DNA of 64,000 nucleotides from Spirochaetia bacterium (GTDB taxonomy: Bacteria > Spirochaetota > Spirochaetia > WTKD01 > G963693115), in contig CBDDCA010000006.1 of the NCBI GenBank assembly GCA_965226055.1, forward strand, positions 448,001-512,000, in the 5' to 3' direction. Of the stretch, positions 33,929-44,911 are shown one piece after another. The first letter of the stretch is position 1, and each line of letters opens with the position of its first letter. The position numbers and the translations under genes are program-made. Under the pieces are notes generated by a model. That model did not search any database. It saw only the letters and a list, made by a program, of their open reading frames with translations, and had not been told where the DNA came from.

Positions 33929-34525
33929 CTATTCTGTAATTGGGCGTGATGTAGTAGGGTTATTATTTAATTGCTGATCTAATCTATCAAACGCTTCACG
34001 AGCCTTAAATTCAGCAAAAGCGGCATCTTCATTTCTTTGAAATACCTCGCTTGCTGCCTTTAGTATATTTGCTTTAGGAAATGATACTAATGCATAAATA
34101 GTACCATCTTTTGAGTTTGCTATTTTTTCAGTAGTAGTGCCAGCAAGCGTAGTATCCGCTATCTGACGTGATACTGTTTCTATGAAAGTAATAAGCTGAC
34201 TATTACTAGACTCTCCCCCTTCTTGGGCATAATCATTGATAGTCGATTGTACTTGAGCACTAATTTGGAATGCTATATCATCCCTTGCACGACTGAGAGC
34301 TAATTTTTTTGACAGATCAAGTCTTTGTGTTTTTGCAACACCTACCCCGTATATCTTGTCATCAGCTTGTGGAGGATTGAGATAGAAATCAGGAACATCA
34401 CTAAAATCTTGCACCTCTCCTTTTGTAACATCTTCCTCATTGTTTGCTTGTTGAGACTTTGATTGACATCCCACCAGTACAAGTAATATCAATACTATTG
34501 CTATTACATATATATATTTTTTCAT
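33929..34525 (-). CDS. LPP20 family lipoprotein
   Basis: AGGAG plus MKKYIYV..LVGC lipobox (start reassigned); VPDFYLNPP..YGVG..ALSRARDDIA. Confidence 0.75.
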   Translation of the reverse strand: MKKYIYVIAIVLILLVLVGCQSKSQQANNEEDVTKGEVQDFSDVPDFYLNPPQADDKIYGVGVAKTQRLDLSKKLALSRARDDIAFQISAQVQSTINDYAQEGGESSNSQLITFIETVSRQIADTTLAGTTTEKIANSKDGTIYALVSFPKANILKAASEVFQRNEDAAFAEFKAREAFDRLDQQLNNNPTTSRPITE

Positions 34526-34665
34526 ATTCACTCCTTTGTGATAGTATTTAAGTACCATTACATGGTACTTCTTGCATAGTATACTATATAACAATTATAT
34601 TAGTCAAAAATAAAATTTCCAAGTATATTGCTCATAAAAAATTAAAACAATAGTATATATTCATT

Positions 34666-36303
34666 TTATAAAAATATCTTTTCATGTTTATTTCCATACA
34701 ACGAATCACGTAATTTCTGTATTTCTTCATCCTGAAGATATTCACTAAATGTCATTAACCTATCAATTACTCCACCAGGAGTAAATTCAATAATACGATT
34801 TGCAATAGTATCTATAAACTGTTGATCATGAGAATTAAATAACAGTACCCCTTTGTATTGTATAAGAGCATTATTTAAAGATGATATTGCTTCTAAATCA
34901 AGATGGTTTGTAGGTTCATCAAGCATAATAACATTAGGAGATTTCAACATAATTTTAGAAAACATACATCGTGCTTTCTCTCCCCCTGATAATACTGTTA
35001 CTGACTTAAATATATCATCCCCACTAAACAACAAACGTCCCAAAAAGCCACGTATATACTGATCATCATTCGATTCAGTAAATCCACGTAACCATTCAAA
35101 AATACTTTGATCTTGTACAAAATAATTACTATTATCACTGGGATAATAATCATATAGTATTGTTTGTCCCCAATGAATAGTTCCAGCATCCGCATGAGCA
35201 TTACCAGCAAGTATTTCAAACAGTATACGTTTGCATACATTCATTGAACCAACTAATGCAATTTTTTGTCCTTGCTCTACCTGTAGTGAATACTCTTTTA
35301 GTAGCACCTCTCCTTCATGAGACAAGGAGAGATTTTCAATTCCTAATACTGATTTTCCACACTCTTTCTCTACAGAAAAATGAAAATAAGGAATACGTCT
35401 TGACGATTGTGGCAACTGTTCAATGTCCAGTTTTTCAAGTAATTTTTTTCGTGATGTAGCTTGCTTTGCTCGTGCTTTATGAGACGAAAACCGTTGTATA
35501 AATTCTTGTAACTGTTCTTTTTGCTTCTCAGATCTTTTTTCATCAACCTTTTTTTGTTTCTGCATTAACTGGCTTGCTTCAAACCAAAAATCATAATTGC
35601 CTACATACGAACGGATACTCCCAAAATCTATGTCAAGTATATGGGTTGTTATCATATTCAAAAAATGCCTATTATGCGAAACAATAATGGCAATATTATC
35701 AAATTTAAGCAAAAAATCTTCTAGCCATTGAATGGACTCTAAATCTAAGCCATTCGTAGGCTCATCCATGAGTAAAATATCAGGATTACCAAACAAAGCT
35801 TGTGCAAGTAAAATACGAACTTTTTCTGATGGTTCTAACTCACTCATAGACTGACTCAGTACCGCATCAGTTAGCCCTAATCCATTGATTAAAGTACCTG
35901 CCTCAGATTCAGCTTCCCATCCACCAAGAGCAGCAAATTTTTCCTCATACTCTGCCGCTTTCAGTCCATCTTCTTCATTAAAATCTTCTTTACTATAAAT
36001 CTCATCCCGTGCCTTCATAATAGTATAGAGTTCTTCATGACCCATAAATATAGTTTCCTGCACAGAATAACTATCAAACATATTTTGATCCTGTCGCAGC
36101 ACTGCAATACGCATATTTTTTGCTTTACTTATGACACCACTATCTGATTCTTGTTCTCCTGACATAACACGCAAAAAAGTAGATTTTCCTGCACCATTAG
36201 CCCCAATTACTCCATAGATATTTCCAGGATGAAATACAAGATTGACCTCATCAAACAACTTTTTATCAGAAAATGAAAGACTTATATTTGATACTGTAAG
36301 CAT
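34666..36303 (-). CDS. ABC-F family ATPase
   Basis: Two ABC domains (GANGAGKST, DEPTN, LSGGEK) with a linker and no TM segments. Confidence 0.92.
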   Translation of the reverse strand: MLTVSNISLSFSDKKLFDEVNLVFHPGNIYGVIGANGAGKSTFLRVMSGEQESDSGVISKAKNMRIAVLRQDQNMFDSYSVQETIFMGHEELYTIMKARDEIYSKEDFNEEDGLKAAEYEEKFAALGGWEAESEAGTLINGLGLTDAVLSQSMSELEPSEKVRILLAQALFGNPDILLMDEPTNGLDLESIQWLEDFLLKFDNIAIIVSHNRHFLNMITTHILDIDFGSIRSYVGNYDFWFEASQLMQKQKKVDEKRSEKQKEQLQEFIQRFSSHKARAKQATSRKKLLEKLDIEQLPQSSRRIPYFHFSVEKECGKSVLGIENLSLSHEGEVLLKEYSLQVEQGQKIALVGSMNVCKRILFEILAGNAHADAGTIHWGQTILYDYYPSDNSNYFVQDQSIFEWLRGFTESNDDQYIRGFLGRLLFSGDDIFKSVTVLSGGEKARCMFSKIMLKSPNVIMLDEPTNHLDLEAISSLNNALIQYKGVLLFNSHDQQFIDTIANRIIEFTPGGVIDRLMTFSEYLQDEEIQKLRDSLYGNKHEKIFL

Positions 36304-36365
36304 ACTTATTGCTAGTATAACAGAAATAAGAATATAAGGGAATTTCCAAAAGAAAATTTAATACA

Positions 36366-37190
36366 CTATGCCTTTGATTGCTTTGATGCTAATATCTGTA
36401 CACACACAAGCAACAAAGAAACAGTAAGCACAACACTGGCCATGTACCACGGAGCAAGCACTACGCTACTTTTCGCATCATAGAGCATATTACCTATACT
36501 AGGTTCTGGCTTTGCAATACCAAACCCTAAATAACTTAATCCTGCTTCTATACTTATAGCTATTGATATGAGAGAAATTAATTGTTGTAACAATTTTGGT
36601 ACAAGAAACGGAAATATATGCTTTACAATAATATGAATAGTACTCATACCAAAACTACGAGCAATAGTAATATACTCCTTTTGCATATAAAAATGTATAT
36701 CTTGTATGCTTGCTCTAAATACAAGAGGAATAAAAGCCATACACTGTCCAATAATAATAAATATCTTTCCACTGCCATATAAAGAAACTAGCATAAGACA
36801 CACTAAAAACACAGGGATAGCCAAGATAATATCAATAACTATTTCAGCCATATATACCCATACAGATCCTAAACTTACTACCACTATCGCAAGAATAAGA
36901 CCTATACTTGTCGCAATACACACAGCAAACACTGAAACCAACATCGTATTATGCACTGCAACCACAAGACGACTAAAAATATCTCTTCCAAAAGAATCAG
37001 TTCCTAGTATATGGCTACGACTAGGACTTTGTAATCTATTGTCAAGATCCTGCTCATACGGATTCAAATATGTAAATGGCAAAAAAGATGTTTGCTTTAC
37101 TGAAAAAAAAGTACCGTAGACAATGCTCCCATATAAGACAACACATACTACACAGAGTACCCTATACTTCCTCATGTTTGAGCCCATCAT
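36366..37190 (-). CDS. Peptide/nickel ABC permease (DppC-like)
   Basis: HILGTDSFGRDIFSR, EAGLSYLGFG. Confidence 0.88.
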   Translation of the reverse strand: MMGSNMRKYRVLCVVCVVLYGSIVYGTFFSVKQTSFLPFTYLNPYEQDLDNRLQSPSRSHILGTDSFGRDIFSRLVVAVHNTMLVSVFAVCIATSIGLILAIVVVSLGSVWVYMAEIVIDIILAIPVFLVCLMLVSLYGSGKIFIIIGQCMAFIPLVFRASIQDIHFYMQKEYITIARSFGMSTIHIIVKHIFPFLVPKLLQQLISLISIAISIEAGLSYLGFGIAKPEPSIGNMLYDAKSSVVLAPWYMASVVLTVSLLLVCVQILASKQSKA

Positions 37191-37216
37191 ACTATCCTTA
37201 ATTATTGCATTGATTA

Positions 37217-38740
37217 TTAAAACAACTGTGTTTTACGAAAATCATATCGTTCAAGAATCTTATCAAACTCAAAGATCCCTACTCGATTTGTCACTCCAAA
37301 AGACACCTCATTTTCTGCAATAAACACAAAAGGATAATGCTGTGTCATTATTCGCAATGCTGATTGATATAATTGGGCTCTTAGTGTAGTATCAGTTGTT
37401 ACACGCGCTTTATCTACAAGAGAAACAAAATTATCATTTTTCCATCCTATATAAGAAGCTCCTTTTCCAAAATTACTTAATCGTAGATCAGGATCTAACT
37501 TTCCTGTATGACCAATAACAGTGAAATCAAACATTCCTTGACGATACACACGATTAAGCCATACACTCCAATCTATTTCTTCTATAACAGTAGAAACACC
37601 AACTTCAACCAACATTTTCTGATACATTTCTGCTGCACGAACATGGGGAGGAAATGCATTCGGAACACTAATAGTAAGCGTTTTATGTATAGGGTTATTT
37701 TTGAAATACATTTTTGATCTTTCAACATCATAAAGAGAAGGAACATCAAGAAAAAATTCACTGTCTCTATGCCAAAACACATTAAGTTCATTGCCTCCAT
37801 TATATGCAATGTCTATAACTTTCTTTTTATCTATAGCTTGTGCTATCGCTCTTCGTGTTTCTAATACCGATAAATCAGGATGTCGCCCATTCATTGCTAA
37901 TACTAAAATAGTAGAACCAGATTTGCGTAACACTTTTAAGGCATCATTTAACTTAACCTGCTCACTTTCTATTTTTTCAAGATACGGAACAATATCTACT
38001 TCTTTTTTATATAAGGCTTGTAATTGTGAATTCCTATCCTTAATAATAATAAACGCAATTTTGTGTAGGTACACAGAGTCACGATATTCTGTATTTTTTT
38101 GCAATCGAATAACCCTGTTTTGTTGCCATTCCTGAAAAAGAAAAGGCCCTGTTCCTACTGGTTCTACATTAAAATTATGCCCTTTCCCTATTAAATCAGC
38201 AGGAAGAATCACGCTTTCAGGAGAACTCAGAAACGCCTTAAACCCACTATGCTCATATTTTAGCTCTATTTTGACCGTATAATCATCTTCGGCTATAATA
38301 TCATGTATAATAGCATATTGCTCTGCAAAAGAAGATGCAGTTTCTCCCCCTTTCTCTTTCAAGCGAAAAAGACTAGCAATGACATCTTCAGCATGTAATT
38401 GCTTTTTATGATGAAACACTATATCTTTTCTTAATACCAATATCCACGTTTTTCCCCCATCTGTCACTTCGTACCTCTCAACAAGCAAAGGAGTACCATC
38501 AGAATTAAAAAGAGATTCATATATACTATTGTTAACTTGTGAAGTAATTGTTGCTCCAGTCCTATGAGGATCAAGTGTGTCAGGATTTCCACTTAATACC
38601 ACCCGAAGCTCTTTCTCACCAGGGCCAGCATCACAAGACACAAGAACACTCCCTACTATAAAAATAATACATATTATCACAAAAACAATAGTATATGTAC
38701 ACTTGCCTACTCTATATATATGCTTAGCTTGCATGTCCAT
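37217..38740 (-). CDS. Peptide/nickel ABC substrate-binding lipoprotein (family 5)
   Basis: VSC lipobox, TLDPH, PVGTGPF, RRAIAQAID. Confidence 0.9.
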   Translation of the reverse strand: MDMQAKHIYRVGKCTYTIVFVIICIIFIVGSVLVSCDAGPGEKELRVVLSGNPDTLDPHRTGATITSQVNNSIYESLFNSDGTPLLVERYEVTDGGKTWILVLRKDIVFHHKKQLHAEDVIASLFRLKEKGGETASSFAEQYAIIHDIIAEDDYTVKIELKYEHSGFKAFLSSPESVILPADLIGKGHNFNVEPVGTGPFLFQEWQQNRVIRLQKNTEYRDSVYLHKIAFIIIKDRNSQLQALYKKEVDIVPYLEKIESEQVKLNDALKVLRKSGSTILVLAMNGRHPDLSVLETRRAIAQAIDKKKVIDIAYNGGNELNVFWHRDSEFFLDVPSLYDVERSKMYFKNNPIHKTLTISVPNAFPPHVRAAEMYQKMLVEVGVSTVIEEIDWSVWLNRVYRQGMFDFTVIGHTGKLDPDLRLSNFGKGASYIGWKNDNFVSLVDKARVTTDTTLRAQLYQSALRIMTQHYPFVFIAENEVSFGVTNRVGIFEFDKILERYDFRKTQLF

Positions 38741-39012
38741 AACCCTCCTTTTTAGAAAAATATATCACCAATAAACATGTATTTTTATTATTTTTATACA
38801 ATATAACAACACATACTTTTATACATTCCTGCCTCTATTGTAGTATAGTATCATTTATAGATTCAAGAATAATCAATATAGCTATGGATGGCAAAACAGC
38901 ACAGTACCCAAAGGATAAAACTGATAAAACAGTATGTCCCTCATCGTAGGAATAGCAGAGAGGAAAGAGAGTATATATGCAAAATCAATACATACTCACA
39001 AAAAATAATATC

Positions 39013-40128
39013 CTACACAAATGAAGAAAGTTTTTGAAACTGTAAGTACACTTTATCACCAGCTTTATACTTATATTGTTCCCATTCATTTTCTGAGATA
39101 CTTGCTTCAATAATTTTTGTATGCACTTTCTCTTTATCAGTGTTTGCATCATTGTGTCCCGTTTCTTCGTGCATATCTACTTTGATATCGAGGTGTACTG
39201 TGTTTGCTATAAAACTTACTCGTATGATAGTACCTTGTAACTCTTTTTCAGACGAAGCGTTTTTTGTATGTACTGCTGTAAGAGGATACACTTGTATTTC
39301 ATGAGGACGTACATATATTTGCTGTACTTCTGAATCTATAAATTCTTCCTGTGCTGATGGAGTAAAATGCACAAGATTGTGTTGCTTAAACCGTCCATGA
39401 AATACATTTACTACTCCTAAAAATTCGTATACAAAAGAATTTACTGGAGAGGTATAAATATCACGTGGAGATCCTACTTGTTCAAGTATACCTTGATTAA
39501 ACAGTGCTACTTCATCTGATATTTCAAGAGCTTCCTCTTGATCATGTGTTACCAAAATAGTGGTGATGTGTATTTCTTCATGCAAATTACGAAGCCAACG
39601 CCTTAATTCTCTGCGAACAGTTGCATCAAGTGCCCCAAATGGTTCGTCCAGTAATAATATTTTAGGCCGAATAGCAAGCACTCGTGCAAGTGCTATACGC
39701 TGTTGCTGTCCTCCTGATAATTGACTTGGATATTTCTTACTCTGATTATCAAGCTGTACTAGACTCAGTACTTCATGTACTCGTTCAAAAAGTGCTTCTT
39801 TTGATAAACGCTCTTTTTTAGGTTTTACTGTCAACCCAAAAGCCACATTATCAAATACAGTCATATGTTGAAACAAAGCATAATGCTGAAAAACAAAACC
39901 CACATTACGTATCTTTGATTTTTCATAGGTAATGTCATCGCCATTAAGAAATAACTTTCCAGAACTAGGGTATTCTAATCCAGATATAATACGTAACAGA
40001 GTAGTTTTACCACAACCAGATGGTCCTAAAAACGAAGTAAGTTTTCCTTCTTTTATCTTAATAGAAATATCTTGCAGAGCAACATGTTCCCCAAAAGATT
40101 TGCTAATATTCTGTAACTCTAATCTCAT
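39013..40128 (-). CDS. cysA: Sulfate/thiosulfate ABC ATPase
   Basis: [40 protein letters not shown]. Confidence 0.92.
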   Translation of the reverse strand: MRLELQNISKSFGEHVALQDISIKIKEGKLTSFLGPSGCGKTTLLRIISGLEYPSSGKLFLNGDDITYEKSKIRNVGFVFQHYALFQHMTVFDNVAFGLTVKPKKERLSKEALFERVHEVLSLVQLDNQSKKYPSQLSGGQQQRIALARVLAIRPKILLLDEPFGALDATVRRELRRWLRNLHEEIHITTILVTHDQEEALEISDEVALFNQGILEQVGSPRDIYTSPVNSFVYEFLGVVNVFHGRFKQHNLVHFTPSAQEEFIDSEVQQIYVRPHEIQVYPLTAVHTKNASSEKELQGTIIRVSFIANTVHLDIKVDMHEETGHNDANTDKEKVHTKIIEASISENEWEQYKYKAGDKVYLQFQKLSSFV

Positions 40129-40940
40129 ACATACTTCCTTTTCTTTTCTATTATCTGTTTTGAAACAAGCGTTACTATAGACAATAAGACAAATAATGTT
40201 GCAGATACAAATGCCTGTGAAGAAAGATATTCATTATAAAATATATGTACTTGCAAAGGGAGAGTCACTGTTTTTCTACGAATAAAGCCCGATACCACTG
40301 AAGCTGCTCCAAACTCGCCTGCTCCTCGTGCTAATGCTAAAATCATACCATAAAGAAGCGCCCATTTTACTCGCGGCAATGTAATACGAAACAAAATATG
40401 AAACATATTTGCTCCAAGCATATATCCCATTTCCTCTTGTTGTTTCCCTAGCTCTTGCATAGCAGGAATAAGGGTACGCGCCACATAAGGAAGTGTAATG
40501 CTTACATTTGTAAGAATGAGTGCAGGAAAAGAAAATATAACTACAAATCCAGCATTTTCAAGGTAGCTTCCAATAACACCATATTTCCCATACAGTATCA
40601 TGAACATGAGACCAATAATAACTGGTGACACAGAGAGAGGTAAATCAATAAGACTTACTAATACTCGCTTTCCCTTAAAGTCAAAATACGCTATACACCA
40701 GGCAGCACAAAAGCCAAAAATTCCTGATATGCATACTGATATCAGTGTTACCACTATTGAAAGCTGTAATGCTATTCGAACATTACTACTGAGAATAGTG
40801 CTGAAAAAAAACGATATTCCTTTTGAAAAAGCTTCAAAGCCTAGCGCAATAAGAGGAAGCACCAGCAATAATACTACAGTGAACATAGTAATAAAAATAG
40901 CTATTACTCTTGTATATTGAAATTTATTATTCATACCCAT
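40125..40940 (-). CDS. cysW: Sulfate ABC permease
   Basis: [28 protein letters not shown]. Confidence 0.9.
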   Translation of the reverse strand: MGMNNKFQYTRVIAIFITMFTVVLLLVLPLIALGFEAFSKGISFFFSTILSSNVRIALQLSIVVTLISVCISGIFGFCAAWCIAYFDFKGKRVLVSLIDLPLSVSPVIIGLMFMILYGKYGVIGSYLENAGFVVIFSFPALILTNVSITLPYVARTLIPAMQELGKQQEEMGYMLGANMFHILFRITLPRVKWALLYGMILALARGAGEFGAASVVSGFIRRKTVTLPLQVHIFYNEYLSSQAFVSATLFVLLSIVTLVSKQIIEKKRKYV

Positions 40941-40955
40941 CCTTTCTTATACTCC

Positions 40956-41798
40956 TTAACGCTTATTATTCTTTCGCATACTACTTTGTAACATATTGAT
41001 AGAAAATAAGACAATAAAAGAAATAAATAATAACACAGTAGAAACTGCCATTGCTCCTTCTAAGTCATATTGATCTATTTTATTATAAATATAACGTGAT
41101 ATAACCTCACTCTTGAGAGGAATATTACCAGCTACAAAAATAACCGTGCCATACTCTCCAATTGATCGAGCAAAAGAAAGAATAAAACCTGTAATGATTC
41201 CTGGCATAAGTGCAGGCAGCTGTACACGAAAAAAAATATGTATTGGGTTTGCTCCCAATAACCTTGCAGCTTGCTCTTCATTTCTATCCAGTTGTTGAAT
41301 AAGGGGTTGTACCGAACGTACACAAAAAGGCAATGTTACAAATAACAAGCCTATAAAAATTCCAAACTGATTGTATACTAACTGTATTCCAAAAAAATGA
41401 AATATGCTCCCAATCATCCCATTTTTTCCAAATACAGTTGCAAGAGCTATCCCTCCCACCGCACCGGGCAAAGCAAACGGTAAATCAATAATAGCATCTA
41501 CTACACTACTGCCTAAAAATTTATATCGTACAATAGACCACGCAATAACAAACCCCAGTAAAGCATTTATTACTGCAACAAAAAAAGCATATCGCAAAGT
41601 AATAAAAAAAGCAGCTATAGCAGCAGGTCGACTTAGTAATTGTACTACCTGTGAAAAAGATAGGGTAAATGTACCTCCTATTATTGCCGAAATAGGAAAA
41701 AGCACAAAAAACCCTAACACACTAAGTGTAATCCCCATACTCAAAGAAAATCCAGGTAATATATTTTTACGTAACACTGTAGATGATGATACTGGCAT
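40956..41798 (-). CDS. cysT: Sulfate ABC permease
   Basis: LPGFSLS, DLPFALP, VRSVQP, GEYGTVIFVAGNIP. Confidence 0.9.
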   Translation of the reverse strand: MPVSSSTVLRKNILPGFSLSMGITLSVLGFFVLFPISAIIGGTFTLSFSQVVQLLSRPAAIAAFFITLRYAFFVAVINALLGFVIAWSIVRYKFLGSSVVDAIIDLPFALPGAVGGIALATVFGKNGMIGSIFHFFGIQLVYNQFGIFIGLLFVTLPFCVRSVQPLIQQLDRNEEQAARLLGANPIHIFFRVQLPALMPGIITGFILSFARSIGEYGTVIFVAGNIPLKSEVISRYIYNKIDQYDLEGAMAVSTVLLFISFIVLFSINMLQSSMRKNNKR

Positions 41799-41808
41799 CT
41801 ATTTCCCT

Positions 41809-42915
41809 CTAATTTCTTCCCGTTTCTTCATATATACTCGCTACTACCCCTTCATCAGAAAATAACTTTTCTTGCACTGACTTCCATCCACCAAATACTG
41901 TATCTATATCAAATAATTCTATGTTAGGCAAGACATGGGTATACTGTGACGCTACCGATGTATTTATTGGTCTAAAAAATGTCTTTGCCACTATCTCTTG
42001 CCCTTCATCAGTATAGATGAAATCCCAAAAAGCCTTAGCAGCATCATATTGTTTCTGCCCTTTTTTCTTTGCATTTTCTTCTACAACTACAACATATATT
42101 TTTGCATCAACTCCATAACTTGGCACTATTACCTCAAAATCATCTGGAGCAAGATCGCGTACAATAAGGTTTACCTCTGCCTCAAATGTAAGTAACACAT
42201 CACCTTGACCACGCTCAACAAAAACATTCGTTGCTGCACGTCCTCCTGATGCAAGTACCACTGTATTGCCAATGAGCTCTCGTACAAAATCTTTCGCTAC
42301 AGCATCACTTTTCGTTCCTCCCTGATACTTATGTAATCCATACGCATACGCAGTAAGTAAGCTATAACGACCATTTCCAGTAGAACGGTAGTTAGGAGCA
42401 ATTACTTCCACTCCCTCTCTAATAAGATCGTCCCAATCTTGTATATTTTTAGGATTTCCCTTACGTACTACAAATGCCATTGTAGAGCTTGCAGGACTAC
42501 TATTATTAGGATACTTTGATTGCCAATCTTCAGGAATAAGAGCTCCCTCAGGAGTATCTTTTGAACGCTCATACAATAAATCAATATCAAGATACTGATT
42601 CATACTCACCACATCTGCAGGCAGCCCATCAGACACAGCTCTTGCTTGACGACTTGATCCTCCATTCGATTGTTCAATAGCAACTTCTATTCCACTTTTT
42701 TCCTTATACCATGGAATAAACCCCTCTGTTAATTGCTTTCCAATTTCCCGTGCAATATCAAAAGATACATGCAGTAACGTAATATCATGCGTACCTGTAT
42801 CCTCCGAACCATCTGTTGCTACACTATCACGCTTCTCATTATTCACACCAAGCACAATAAATAACAATACTGCTACTACAGCAATAGCTAAAAATAATAT
42901 CACTTTCTTATTCAT
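41809..42915 (-). CDS. sbp: Sulfate-binding protein
   Basis: LLHVSFDIARE, QSNGGSSRQARAV, VRKGNPKNIQDWDDL, GRAATNVF. Confidence 0.9.
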   Translation of the reverse strand: MNKKVILFLAIAVVAVLLFIVLGVNNEKRDSVATDGSEDTGTHDITLLHVSFDIAREIGKQLTEGFIPWYKEKSGIEVAIEQSNGGSSRQARAVSDGLPADVVSMNQYLDIDLLYERSKDTPEGALIPEDWQSKYPNNSSPASSTMAFVVRKGNPKNIQDWDDLIREGVEVIAPNYRSTGNGRYSLLTAYAYGLHKYQGGTKSDAVAKDFVRELIGNTVVLASGGRAATNVFVERGQGDVLLTFEAEVNLIVRDLAPDDFEVIVPSYGVDAKIYVVVVEENAKKKGQKQYDAAKAFWDFIYTDEGQEIVAKTFFRPINTSVASQYTHVLPNIELFDIDTVFGGWKSVQEKLFSDEGVVASIYEETGRN

Positions 42916-42959
42916 ATTTACTCCTTATTATTTATATAAATATATGTTAATATGTTTAT

Positions 42960-42988
42960 ATATTAGTAAAATAAAAATAGTATGTCAA
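42960..42988 (-). promoter_or_regulatory. Sigma70 promoter of the sulfate operon
   Basis: TTGACA-N17-TAATAT on the minus strand. Confidence 0.6.
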
Positions 42989-43034
42989 GGACTATTTTAA
43001 AAAATAAAAAAGAACATAATAAAGATAATTCCAT

Positions 43035-43070
43035 AAAAAAACGTGGTAATCCGAAGATGTACCACGTTGT
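43035..43070 (-). terminator. Rho-independent terminator downstream of the isomerase gene
   Basis: Minus strand ACGTGGTAcATC-TTCG-GATTACCACGT followed by a T run. Confidence 0.8.
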
Positions 43071-43158
43071 TTCTTTTATTCTATTTCTCCTCTATTTAGG
43101 AGATAAAACCTTTTATATATATTACCACTTATAATACCACAGTACTACAGTTGTGTCC

Positions 43159-44787
43159 TTATACCTTTGCAGAACCTGCTACATAGGTTTTAATTCCCAA
43201 AGTATCAGACATAGAAACAAACGCTTCTAGCACATGCTGAAGCTTTTTCTCAGGAACATATGCCACAGTAATATGATTACTATTATGTCCTGACATAAGC
43301 TGGTCACGATTTATACCATCAAGCGTTGCATTCATTAAAGGCCATTCTGGAGTTGTTGCCTCTAAACGTCTTTTTACTTCATCTGCAGGAAGCTCATATG
43401 CTCGTCCTGTTCCGATATGCATATACACAGTAGTCTCCTCATAATGAGCACGTGCCCATACAAATGTTCCTTTTTTGCATTGCCCCCCAATAGTAGATCC
43501 ACCGAGCTTAAAGTACATAGGGGACTGACGATACCCTTGTGCTCCTGCAATGCCGCCTTTAATATGTTCAAAAGGAACAGAACCAGAAATCAAAAAATCC
43601 CAATAAAAAACTCCTTCAAACTCACTTCCCCAGCGTATATCATGTAATGTTGTTTCTGCAGGAAGCCTAAGGTGTCGTAATAACTTAAAAAGCATAGTTT
43701 GAGGAATGGCTGACCCCATATCTACCTCATTTGCATGAGGAATTGGCTCTTTCTCCCGTATTATCTCTCCTTTTTCATTTGGAACAGGAAAACGCTCGGT
43801 ACTGCCTATTGCTCCTTCAACAAAATCAGATGCAGGACACACATCTTTTAAGCCTTGTTGATATTGCACTCCAACAGTCGTTAATCCAAAACGTTCGGTA
43901 AGACGCACAAGAGCAATAAGCATGGCACATTGTTCTAGCACTTGTTCACGCGTAAGTTGTGTCTCTGGAGTCTCTCCAAAATGAAAATTCATGCCTCTAT
44001 CAATATAAAACTGCAGACACTCTTCTCGCAGTGTTAATGGGACCAAAGACATTTCATACACTAATGCCGATTGAGACAGCGATTCAATGGGCATCCCAAT
44101 CTTTGCCATAGATACTAAAGGAAACACTCCGTTCATCATCCCCATACAATACATATCAAACAGCCCTATTATCTCTTTATGCTTTAAGATACCTTTTCCT
44201 ATTTTCTTTCCTAGCTCCATTGCTTTATTATCTGTACTTTTACTGCCTTTCCCTTTAGATGAAAATAGTGTGAGATAGGAAGTACTCCACTTTATTTTTC
44301 CTGTCTTCATCCATGTATCGAGCTTTGTATAAAATAATGTGTCATCAAAATTCTCAGACCATAAACGACTATACGAACACCCTAATGCAGTAAGCGATCC
44401 TGCAAGATTAAGCATGCCTACTAAGCCTGGCCATGTTCCATTAAAGTTTGCAAGAAGGAGTACAGGCCCTTTATGTAACAAAAGACAATTTGCAATATGA
44501 TGAGAATACTGCCATGCAGTTATCAATACAATAAGAGGAGCTTCTGTATCTATCTTTTCAAAAACATCAGAACCTTCACGCTGAGAACTGATAAAACCAT
44601 GCTTCTTATCTTTTTTATACGCATGTGCTCGCTTAATAGAAATATCATAGCGTTGCTTGACTACTTGTTTGAGCTTTTTCTCAAAAGTATCTTGTACAGG
44701 CCAACATTGTTGATTTGCCTCTTCACGTAAATCACCATTTGCAATTAAATATATATGTTGCAGTGTAGGGGTAATAATGCTTGACAT
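43159..44787 (-). CDS. FucI/AraA superfamily sugar isomerase
   Basis: ANGDLR, WQYSHH, GTWPGLVG, VQYQQG, HANEVD, ETTLHDIRWG, NHITVAY. Confidence 0.75.
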   Translation of the reverse strand: MSSIITPTLQHIYLIANGDLREEANQQCWPVQDTFEKKLKQVVKQRYDISIKRAHAYKKDKKHGFISSQREGSDVFEKIDTEAPLIVLITAWQYSHHIANCLLLHKGPVLLLANFNGTWPGLVGMLNLAGSLTALGCSYSRLWSENFDDTLFYTKLDTWMKTGKIKWSTSYLTLFSSKGKGSKSTDNKAMELGKKIGKGILKHKEIIGLFDMYCMGMMNGVFPLVSMAKIGMPIESLSQSALVYEMSLVPLTLREECLQFYIDRGMNFHFGETPETQLTREQVLEQCAMLIALVRLTERFGLTTVGVQYQQGLKDVCPASDFVEGAIGSTERFPVPNEKGEIIREKEPIPHANEVDMGSAIPQTMLFKLLRHLRLPAETTLHDIRWGSEFEGVFYWDFLISGSVPFEHIKGGIAGAQGYRQSPMYFKLGGSTIGGQCKKGTFVWARAHYEETTVYMHIGTGRAYELPADEVKRRLEATTPEWPLMNATLDGINRDQLMSGHNSNHITVAYVPEKKLQHVLEAFVSMSDTLGIKTYVAGSAKV

Positions 44788-44911
44788 ATAAGTATCCTCC
44801 TTATATTTCTTAAGATATAGCGTAATCTATAGTATCTAGTATATCAAAAAACAATACAAAATAACAGATGCTTTCTCACGGGAATTATGTATAAAAGCAG
44901 ACTAATTACAC

